Shown piece by piece: positions 48,918-60,900 of a stretch of DNA of 64,000 nt. Every line of letters starts with the position of its first letter. The stretch's first letter is position 1. The DNA lies in contig LSRY02000006.1 of assembly GCA_001643675.2 (NCBI GenBank), positions 496,001 to 560,000 on the forward strand, read 5' to 3'. Both the position numbers and the translations under genes were made by a program. Below the pieces are notes generated by a model. That model had not been told where the DNA came from, did no database searches, and saw only the letters and a program-made list of their open reading frames with translations. The stretch is from Monocercomonoides exilis PA203 (lineage: Eukaryota > Protista > Preaxostyla).

Positions 48918-51900
48918 ATGGGAAATAAATCAAAAAGAAAATTTAATAACTATTGTTGCAAAATAACTTGCATGTCTTGGCTTTTATTTTTGCATGTAGA
49001 TTTATTTTTCCAATTCTGTTTCACACTCTTTTCCGAACAGAAGTCTCGCAACATTGAAAATCCAAATTCATTTGTATATCCAAGTTTGCAAAACATTGGA
49101 TGCATTTATCAATGCAACAACAAAAATACTGCAAATGAAAAAACATGTGAAGCATATTTTTCATACGAATTACCACATATATTTGAGCAGAAGCCCAGTT
49201 CTTTGCTAATTTCGACAAATGCAATCAACTCTTCTGTTCAATTCGAAACAGTTGCAATATCTCAACATTCGAATTCATCGATTGTGATTTCTCGAAGATT
49301 ATCGAGAACTTCCCTCAAGCATTGCATTCTGTTCCATTCAAGAGAAAAAAAGAATGCACTTTTCACATGTGATGAAAGCGAGCTTCTTCTCGAGAGCATT
49401 TCCCTTCAGTTTTCATCCGTTTCCAATTCACTTTATTTTGTATCATCTTCATTTCCAGTATCTTCTTCTTCGCCGTCCTTGTCCTGTTGCCCGTGTATCA
49501 TATCAATCTCTGATTCAATTCTGTCATCTGCAGAAATATTGAATGCTCCTTTGTTATGCACTGAAAGTGATACACAAGCATCACTGAAAAGCTGTCTATT
49601 TTCAAACATCACCGAATTGTATGACAGAAATGAAGCGAAACACAAAAACGGCTTATACTCAACTTCTTTTTCGTCGTGTGTCTTTTCAAGCGTTGAGGAT
49701 GCCTTCAATGATGGTATTTCTTGCTCCATTAATTCACCTTCATCCAAAAACTTTGCATCTTCAAACTCAACATTCTCAAAATGCTGCCGCACAAAAAATG
49801 AACCAACTCGTTACAATACATCTCAAAGGTATTTCATCGGAGAAGTTTCGTTTGTAAATTCACTTTTTGAAAAGTGCATTGCAAACGATAACGTGAACAT
49901 AAGAGGTGGAGGAATCTTCTGTGCTGGATCATCATTGACGCTATCGGTTGTGAACTGCAGCTTTTTTTCTTGCGATGCAAAGCAAGATGGTGGAGCAATT
50001 TATGTAACAAATTCGAATTTGAAATCAATCTCAAATTGCTATTTTGAAAATAACACTGCCAGCTTTGGAGGAGGAACATACTTCACATCCATGACAGATA
50101 CAGTTGTTATTGAAAAATGCACATATTTTGGGAACATTGCACGATCTTGGGGACATGATATTCGATTTTATCAGATGCAAAGTTTAATAAACAATGCAAT
50201 TATTGAATCTTGCCTTTTTATTGGTAGGAACACAAGCACAAATGGCAGTAATTATTTTGACCCTGCTCCAAAAAATTTATATTACAGCAACTGCTATTGG
50301 AGTGATTTTCACTCTAATTTGGGGAGTGCAGCCCTTTTCATGGATTGCCACGAAAGTTGGGTTTCAACTCCTCCAAGATTCCTTTTCTTGTTTTTCCACA
50401 ACAATACAAGTGGGGGTAATCACGGACATGACTGTTGGCTGAATTCTTCATTCAACATCACCAACCCATTTGCTTATTCATTTTCAACAACTCCTGCAAA
50501 GAGAATGTATTTCATGGAAACATCAGAAAGCAAGGAATTCAACAGTTGGATTCCACAAGGAACAATGATATATTCAAAAACAGGAGGAGCAGACACAGAG
50601 GGATGCGGATTGAGTGCATTGTCTACACCGTGCAATTCATTGGAATATAGCCTTTCTCGGCTTCAAGAGTTACGAACTGGCCTTGTGAACATGCTGCAAG
50701 CAATATTTCAACCTGAAGTACTGAATATTGGAGAGATGACAGTCACAATGAAGGGAGATGGAAAGGATGTCACAGTGATCAGCACCTCGCAAGTTTCGCA
50801 AAGTGCCTCCTCCGTGATTGTTTTATCCAGTGGCTCCCTTTGCTTGACAAATGTGAGTGTGGAGATTGAACCACCATCCTCCTCACTGACTGTTCCTTAT
50901 TCATTGGCTGCTCTGACACATCCACAGGGAAGGATTCAACTCGATAACATCCTCATTTCTGGATCTGAGGCAAACAACAATGTTGTTCATTCTGTTTCTT
51001 TGCTCGATGTTCAAAATGGTTATCTTGGTTTATCCAGCTGCATGATATCCGAAATAGCTGTGGATTCTTTGCCTCTCATCGCATTCCAAGCTCCAGACCA
51101 GTTGGGAATGAAAAACGTGCTGATGGCAAGCATCTCGCGGAAAAGTGGAAATGGAGGTATTATGGAGATGGAGGTTGACGAGCAAGAGATTGTCAGTTTC
51201 GACAATGTGACTTTCATGAACTGCAGCTGTCAACAGGGGAACGGAGGAGCCATGTTTGTTGCTCTGAAAACAAGCAGCATGTTCACTGTTGGGCAGGATG
51301 TTGCTGTTGACTTCAATGAATGTTGTGTTCCAACAGATGATCAATCGAAGGGAAAAGGTGGGGCACTCTATATCAAGGTGTGCTCAGATGAACCACTGTT
51401 TATTCTCAATACCCTATCATTTGAGCGATGCAATGCCTGGAAAGGGAAGAATGTGTTTGTGGAAGCAGTGAATCTGAGAACATGTGTGAATGAAAATACT
51501 ATCAAATTCGAACGAGATGGGATGCTGGAAGACGATTTGATGGGTTTCGAAAACAACGATCCATCGCATTTGATTCCGCTGAGGTTGTATCTGAGCGGGA
51601 CTTTTGTGCCTCCAGTGCATGTGGGAGGACCAAACAACAGAGATTTCAGTGGATGCGGATATGTCAGTTATCCGTGCTCAACATTAAAGCATTCAGTATC
51701 ATTGAGATTTTCAGCTGCAGATAGATTGCTATCCCTTCATTCTCAGTTTGCCTGGAACGAAGAGATGACACTTGATGGTTTCGCTTGGAATATCTGCTGC
51801 GAGCAAGAAAACACATCCATTTCATTCAAACCAGTTGCACCCGTTGAAGGAGATGGATTCATAGCATGTGCTTCTTCATCTCTCTTCCAAAACATTTGCT

Positions 51901-54900
51901 TCACGCTTTGCCACCAACCAGAGTTTTCATTTCGTTCACTTCTTGTGGGTCTCGGTCCATCTCTGTCAATTGCAGATTGTTCGTTAAAGATGGAGAATGA
52001 TGATTCAGTTCTGACAAATTCATTTGCTGAAATCAGAAAAGGGACTTTTTCAATCAGCAATTTTCACATTCAACAACTCACAGCTGATCTGTCATCACCT
52101 GCTCCTTCTGCGCTTATTTGTGTGAGTGAGGATGAAGCATCTATCGATGCAAAAGGACTCATATGCAAACAGCTCATAATGAGAAACAAAGGAGATTTTC
52201 TTCGTTTATCGTCAGGAAAATCATCAGAAATCAAAAACAGCGTTTTTGAGGGAGGAAGCTATGCTGATGGCTGTTGTGTGCAATGGACCAATGGCCAAAC
52301 ACTGAAAGTGAGGAATACTTCATTTGCAAGCGAAATTCGAACAAGTGGCAATGGCTCTTGCATAAATGTGAAGGGAGCAAGCGAAAATTTCAAATCGATG
52401 ATGATCACGAACTGCTCCTTCGACAGCTGCTCTGTTCAGGAAGATGAAAGCTGTGGAGGTGCGATATGCGGAATGGAGGATGCAAAATGTGGGCTGACTG
52501 TCTCTGATTGCATATTTCACTCGTGCACAGCTCCTGAAGGATTGCTGGGAAAGGGTTATGGGGGTGGGATATGCCTGTATTGCAGCAGCGAAAGCGATGA
52601 TTTGTTCTCAATCGCTTCTCCTGTATCTTCTCTCGAGTATCCAAACAGCGCTGCAATCGGAAAGGATTTGTTCATTCAGTCGCCGAGTCTCACAAACACC
52701 CTCACAAACAAAACACTCACGTTTGTTGCTGGCTCTGCAGATCTGACAGATGATTCAATGAGAGGATATGATGGGGCAGACAAAGTCCATGCAATACCTC
52801 TTGTCTATTTTTATCGTGTCATCACAAATGAGGTGTGTGCATCGGAAACAGGTCAAGATGTGGCACCCTGTGGATTTGGCACATATCCATGCAGATCTGT
52901 CTCATTTTCGTTCAAAAGACAGAACGGAAGCAAAAGCAATGTTGTTCTTTCACCTCTTTTCACTCTGGCTGAAAGCGTTGTTGCAGATGGAGAAAAAACA
53001 TACACAATCGGCGGAGTGGCTGAAAGGAGCGTCGTGATTGTGCAAGGTGCAAAATCACCAGAAGCAGGTTTGTTTTGCTCGAGTATTTCCTTGGGCTTTT
53101 CAGTGATCATAAATAGCATTGCCTTCAAGCTGCCAACAACTATCCAGACACACTCCTCGCTTATGCATCACAAAGGATCAGGAAACATGCATGTGGAGAA
53201 TTGTGAATTTGAACCTCAAGAAGCAGTGGAATCCCATTCATTCTCGCTGATCGCAGCAGAGTCTGGAGATATCACAATCAGTGATTGCTCTTTCAAGAAC
53301 ATTGCTTTTGTGGCTGCTTGCATTGCGAGCTGCAGTGGATCTTCTCAAACGCTGATTGATAAAGCAACCATCACAAATGCAACAACTCTGACAGGAAGCA
53401 GTCTGATCACAGCAACCACCTCCACGGCAGAGCTAACTGTGAGAGATTCATCATTCACATCCGTGGCCAAATCTAACTGCGTTGCAATCCAGACAGCATT
53501 TATCCAAGCTCTGACTTTGAACAATACAGATATCGAGAATATTGAGCGCAGCAGCAACAACGGAGGTGCTGTGGAATGCACTGTGGGGAATGGCGGAAGT
53601 GTGGTAATCGAAGGCGGAAGCATGAAAAAATGTGTTTGCGAAGGATGGAACGGAGGCGGCCTGCATATTTCTGTGGAAGCAGGAGGGAATGTGCAGGTGG
53701 GTAACACATCGTCTGCAGAGACAGCCATTGAAGAATGCAGCTCGAAGGAAAATGGAGGGAAAGGAGGGTATGGTGGAGGGATATTGCTGTTGCTGAGTGA
53801 AGGGGCACAAAATGTGATAATCAAGAATGTGCTGTTCACGTTGTGTTCAGCTCCTAAAGGAGGAAGCAACATATTCATGGAGGCACCTGTGCTTGAGAAT
53901 GTTGCAAAGGCAACAGTTTTGGCACACTCGTTCAATTCATCTGTGGAGGATATGCCTGTTTTTGGGGAGCTTGGAGGCTTTGATGGAAGCAACAAAAGAG
54001 ATGTGATCCCCTTGGTTCTGTTCTTTCGTCGGCTGAGCTCAACTGCACATGTGTCTGGAACTGGGATCGACTACTACAAATGCGGATATGCGGATTTCCC
54101 TTGTCTGACAATCCCGTTCAGCGAGAGTCTGATGAAAGAGAGCAGTGGAGTGATCTTGGTGGAGAGCTCGTTCAACATTAAGGACAAGATAGAATTGAAG
54201 ACGAAAAACATGAGTATCAAAGCCAAAGAGAGCAGAAGTGAAATCAGAGTGGGTGCTGGAGGAGGCGGATCAAGCGGAGGAATGATCGAAACATCCAAGG
54301 AGGTGAATATCGAACAGATATCATTTGTCCATCCTTCATCTTTGGGAGAGGCAATTTCATTCCTGTTTATGTGCCTCAATGAAAGGTTGTGTTTTTCAGA
54401 TTGCCAAGTGGAAATGGAAGCAGCATCGGGGCTGACATGTTCGTTCAGTCTGATTGGAGTGCTTGGAGGAGAACTGAAATGTGAGCATTTCTCAGTGTTA
54501 AATTCCAGATATGGCTCGGTGGAAATGATTGTTCTGGATGGAAGTGGAACGAACAATGCTGTCAAGTGCAACATGAATGATGTGAATTTCACCGATATCA
54601 CATCTCGTTCAGAAAAGGGAATGATGAGTGTGAAATCGGTGCAGGAGTTTGGAATGGAAAACTCGAAAGTGCAGAACACAAACCAAATGAACTGTCCTTT
54701 CTTCAGCTTTGAAGGAACAGCGAATATAACAATGAAGAACAGCACTTTCAGTGAGATAAGCAGACAGAATGGGTTTGGAGGATTGATGAATGGGAGAGTG
54801 AACGAGAAAGAGAAGATCGAAATAACAAACTGCACAATGGACATCTGCAATTCTACTTCGGAAGATATGTGTGGTGGATGTGTTCATGTGGATGTGGGTG

Positions 54901-57900
54901 ATTATGGAACTTTTCTATTCGATGGGAACGTTGCAACAAGGTGCAAAGTGTTTGGTGATCGCGGCTTTGGTGGAGGGCTGTATATCATTTTGAACACACT
55001 GAAGTCGAAATATTCGCTGAAGATGATCGAGTTCAGCGGGAATGAGGCAAAGAGGGGAAAGAACATTTATATTGTCTGTCCAACACCAAGAGAGGCGATT
55101 AAGCCGACTCTGTTTGACAAATCAGCAGATGAAAACATGGAAGAGGAGGAGCTGTGGGTGTATGACACATCTGGAAGCATGCCTGATGGTGAGTCGCTTC
55201 GGAGATATCTTTTTGCCTCTGATGCTGAGATAATATTTCTCGATACAACAAACGGGACAGATTCTCCTGAGTGTGGCACTGATCTGTATCCGTGCCAAAC
55301 AATGGACGCTGGCTTCACAAAGATGACCGATAATCAGTCCACGCTGCACATTCAAGGTTCAACGGAGCTGAACCGTGATGTGAACAGAGCTGGAAAGTCT
55401 CTCACTGTTCGGGGGAAGGCTGGACATTCAACGCTGAACATCGAAACCAATGGGCATTTTTGGTTGTCTGAAGGTTCAAAAACACACAGTCTAATCTTCA
55501 ATAATATCAGATTCGCACTTCTCGAACAATCAGGCAGAAGCGAGCTGATAAATGCACAAGCAGGAACATTGTTCCTGAAAGACTGTATCTTTGATGAGAG
55601 CGAGAGATCAGACACCAAGATTAAATACTGGCTTCTTGAATGCAGAAGGGCTGAGGCATCCTTCACAACTGTCATCATCAACACTCTGAGTTTTGAAGAA
55701 TCTGTGGGGATCGCAAGAGTTACTGAAGGAATTATTGAAATGGAAGATGTGAACATCAGCGATGTCAGCTCCAAAGGAAATGGACTGATTCAGGGTTGTG
55801 AAGGATCTGACCTTTTGCTGAGAAACATCAAAGCAGAGAGTTGTGTTGTTGAAAATGGGCAAGTGGTGAGTGTTTCAGGCAAAGCATCGTTGTCGATCAC
55901 AAAAAACAGCGAATTAGGAACATGCGAGAATTTGAATGGAAATGGAGGCGCCGTGAGTGTGAAAGGCTGTGCAAACGAAGAGTTCATATTTGCAAATATT
56001 TCTTTGCAGAGCTGCACTGTTGATGAAATGGAAATGAAAGGAGGAGGATTCTTCTTTGAATTCACAGAACAATATTCAAGAACATTCTCAGTAATGGATT
56101 GTTCTTTTGGGAGCAACAAGGCAAAATTCGGAAAAGATGCGTTCATCAGCTGTTTTGATTTGAACAATACAGTCACTTCCGAGCGATTTGCAAGGTTGAG
56201 CGGAGATGGAGAAAATGGCACAGTGGAAATGATGGGGACTGACAATGTGAATTTCAAGAACGAAAATGTGAATCTGATGCTGTTTTTGGTGCAAGGGAAA
56301 TTTGAAGTTGTGAAGGTGTCGCCAACAGGGTTGGATGTTCTGGGCTGCGGAAGCTCAGAACACCCTTGTCAATCGCTTTGGAGAGGATTTCAAAATCTGG
56401 TTCCTGAAACTCGTGAAAGGCAGATACGCATCAATGGGAGTGCGACGGTGAATGATTCATACGATCTTCATTCATTCCTCACGATTTCATCTTCGACCGA
56501 TAAAACAGCAGAACTCTTGATAAACTCGAAAATAGAAAGAAGAGAAGGAACATCAGTGTTCAGCAGCACAATGTCTCTCGCATTGCACTCAATATCACTT
56601 TTGATGCCTCAAGCATTCGAAAACGGTCAAACTGTTGTTTTTGAATCCAACGCACCATCTGGCATGCTGGATTTCCAATCTTCATCATTCAATGTGGAGA
56701 GAGAAGGAGAAATTGCATATCAGCTTGTGCACATGGCAAGTGGGTCGCTTTCGTTGTTCAACTGTTCTATTTCCATTTTCCGCTTTTTCCAAACACCATT
56801 TGTTGCATGCGGATCGGTGCAGCTCAGCAACTGTAACATATCAAAAGTGTGCACATCAGGAAGTGTAGAGGGAGGGGCACTACGTGTGTGCTTAACGAAT
56901 AGCAACAACGCTGCAATCAATGAGACAACAGCTTGCAAGTGCACGTGCGAAGCGAAGGAGGGAATGGGTGGATTCATGTTCTTGAACAGCACAGACTCAT
57001 TGGAAGAGAAACCATTATCCATCATTTCCTCTGTCTTTGAAGCCAATGAAGCTGCATTGGGCAAAAATATTTTCGTGCAAGCATCTGATCTGAATACAAC
57101 AGTCACAGAGGATGTATTTGCCTTCGATTATGAACAGCTTAAGGACAATCCAGATCTGTTTGTTGGAAGCGACAGATATCAAAACAATGTGGATTTGTTT
57201 GTGTTCTTGATCAGATTCAAGAGCGATACTGTGTTTGTTTCATCATCTGGATTCGATGTGAAGCGGTGTGGGAGCGAGTTCATTGCATGCAGATCATTTT
57301 GGAAAGGTTTTGGCCAGATAGATCAGGCGAAACAAGAAAAAGTCATGCTCATCGATAAAGCAGCAGCAGTCACAGATCAATATGATGTTTCGAATTTCAC
57401 GATAAAATCATCAGTGAAGATGGCGCTGGAAGAGGCATCTTCTTTGTTGTTTGAGACAAAAAATGAAAGCAATGAGATTTGCTTCTTTTCTAATGCCCAC
57501 AAGCTGTCAGTTATTGATCTTGCTCTGAAGATGAGAAAAGTGGAAGAAGGATCAAGTGTGCGTGTGATAAAAAATATCCAAGGCATCCTATCACTGGAGG
57601 ACTGCTCCTTCGAAACATCAGCAGACAATGCAGGAGCATCATTCAGAGCAGACGTGCTGTTTGTGATGATGAACAGCGGAGAGTTATTTGTGAAGAAGTT
57701 AAAAGTGAAGGCAATCGTAAGGAAAGATTTGTTTTACATCAGCTCTGGATGCTTGTGCAATTTTGATGGAATGGATGTGAAGGAACTTTCGTCTGATTGC
57801 GGATGTGTTGTGAATGTGGAGCAGCAAGAGAGAAATGCAAATGCTGAACAAGCATATATCTCTATGAATGGCTCACTATTTTCCTCAGTTGTCCGTTCAG

Positions 57901-60900
57901 ATGATGGCAGCTGTGTTGTCAAAAGCTCTTCAAATGTTCCTCTTTCACTGGATATCAATAGCTCCACATTCGAGTTTTGCAGATCACCCGAATCTGAGAA
58001 AGGAGGAGCGATTTTTGTGAACTTGGCGTCTGATGGGGTGTTCAAGTTGAGTGGCTCAAATGTGGTTCAATGTGGATGCTCGTCGTCAGCTGGCAGAGGA
58101 GGTGGAGTGTATCTATGTGCGAAAGAGGAAGGATCATTGAAGTTTGTGTTCAAGAACTCCAGCTTCGACTCCAACAGCGCAAAGACTGGAAAGGATATCT
58201 TCATCGAATGCAGAGACATTTCTGCTCAAGTGAATGAGAGCCAGTTTGCGATGGATCTGAGAGAGGGATACTACAACCGTGTCAACGCCATCTGGGGCAT
58301 TGATGACAAGCATCAGAGCGAGATTGATCTGATGGATTTCATTGTGGTGTATCAGTCCTCAATGATATTCGTTTCTTCGGCAAATAACAAGAATGGCGAA
58401 AACAGCAGGAAGTGTGGAACCACAAAAGTGCCTTGCTTGTCTCTGGGATATGGGCTCAGCCATGTTGTGACTGATGATGTGCCCATGCTCGTTATTGATA
58501 CGGAATGCGTTCTCCAAGAAGAAGTGGATCTGACTGATGTGTCAATGAGACCGCGCTCATACGAAGGAGGAAGGATTGTACTTGTTGGTGGAATTGCTCC
58601 AACGAGAAACAGCTTGATGAGAGCGTGGGAAAGGGTGAAGATTGAGATGCTGAACATCACTCTTCCATTCTCAAATTCATTTGCCCATCTGTGTCTCTTG
58701 GAGATAAGCTCAGGCATTTTCGAAATGAGCAGGTCGGTTGTCAGCACCTCAGACGAATCAAAGCATGCCAAAGCAGAGTGTGTGTTTTTGTGCTCAGATG
58801 GAGAATGTGTGCTTTTCGATGTGACAGTTTCGCTTTTGGACTGTTCATGCGTTGCGGAATGCAGTGGTGGTGCTCTGAACTGCTCCAGCTTGTTGTTGGC
58901 TTCGCTTGATGTTTCACAGAACTGTCTGCAAATATCTGGCAGTAGCGGAAATTGCACTTTTGCAAACATATCGGCTCGTGATATCCAGTTGGATGATGGA
59001 TATGTGATTGCAGTTTCCAGCCAGTTTCATCAGCAAAACTCAATAGCGACTGAATTTCGAAAACATCTATCGATATTTCTTGGTTCGCTTTCTGCAATCA
59101 CTGGAAAATCAGATCATTCAGGAGCCATTTATGTTGAAGGAAGCTCACATCAGATCGAAATGAACAGCTTGTCAGTTGAAAATATTTCATCCAAGGCAAA
59201 TATTGGAAGTCATGCTTCTTTTTCTCATTGTTCAGATATTTCAATAGAATCATGCTTGTTCAATGGAGATAAATCTTTGAGAAATTCAAATGCACCAATG
59301 AATGAAAAAACGAACATTTGCAAATGGAATGGCTCATTGGTGGACTTTTCAGATTGCACAGCAAAGATCAAGGATTCATCAATTGCGAATTCCAGTGAAG
59401 GAGGATTATCAGTGAGTGGAGGTGAGACGGTCATTGACGCTGGTCTATTTGTGAATAACAATCCATCGATTGGAAAATATTCCTCAGCTCGGAGAAACAT
59501 ATTGTGTTCGGATTCTGCTCAGCTGAATATCATGAGCTTGAAGGGAGGCGATGGGGTTTATCCCAATTCATCGATGTGGATTCTGAATGAAGGATGCACT
59601 TTGATGGGGATTGTTGAGGAGCGAGCATCGCCATTGTTCATCCCCACACTGCGACGGGTGGAGACAGAAGAGAAGGAAAGGGTGCTGGATGTTGTGTTCA
59701 GGGGCACACTTCTTCTGCCATGCAACCTGTCGTTTCGGGTTGTTTCGTCGGTGGGGGATGTGGAGCAGGTGGAGACTCACGAGATAAGTGAGTCTGGGTT
59801 TGTGAGCGAAGAGGAAGTGCATGGCACAACTGGGTTGGAGATGGTCAGAGGAGCAGAGGCGAGTGCAGAAGTGAGTGTGTGCATCTTGTTTGGGGATGGC
59901 CATTCTCCCTCGGCAACTGAGTCATTCATCCTGAAGAACAGGAGCGAGACTGATCCAAAGGGAGATGAAAGGATTGTTGAAGGAGGAAAAGAAGGAAAAT
60001 TTTCATGGGCATTGATTGTTGTTATTTTTTCAGTTTTGTTTTTAATTGTCCTGATTGTATCTATTATCATGACGATTCGATGGAGAAAGGCAAGGAATGA
60101 AGCAGAAGATCTGAGAGAGATTGTGAATGAAAACATCAGAAAAGATCCGAAGGCGTTTGAGATGGTGACGATGGAGATGTCGCCTGAGGAGCAGTGGAGA
60201 AGAGCTGAGAGAGAGGCAGAGAAGAAGAATGATGAGAGGATCAAGAAGAGAATATATGATACGAATATGCAGCATTCTGAGTCTTCAGAGCATTTATTGA
60301 GTGAGAGTGGATCGACTGAATACATCTTGGGAAGAGATTCAGACAAGATCCCTCAATGGATGCTGGAGAAAGATGAAGAAGAAGAGACAAGAAAAAGAAC
60401 ACCATCACCATCCATCTCATCCACTTCAACAACTGATTCTGATTCGACTTTTGTTCGATCAGAGAGTTTGTGTCCCACAACCTCATCAATGTCGAATCTG
60501 GTGGATGCAATGGCCTGTTCGTCTCCTCATGAGAAGCTGATTGTGGACTTGAGGGATTCTCTGTTCATGTTGCTGCATGGAAGGAATAAGACAAAGGAGA
60601 TGGCGATTGGCACTCTTCAGGAAAGAGAACAAACAGCTGCTCAGATCCTGTTCTGGGTGGCAAATGGAGCTCTTCACTCATTTGATGAGATGGAAAACGG
60701 ATTATCTTCACTGGCCAATCTGAGTCCACACATTGTGTTGTTCTCCGAGCACATGGTGATCTGCATTGTGATGCACTCTGATTTATTGTCCGATGATGAC
60801 TCAGATTCATCCTCCATATCTTCATCGACTGTTGTGACATCTGCCAGTGATGATGATGATGATGAAGATTCTCTTCCCTCATCTGCCTTTGAGGATGAGG

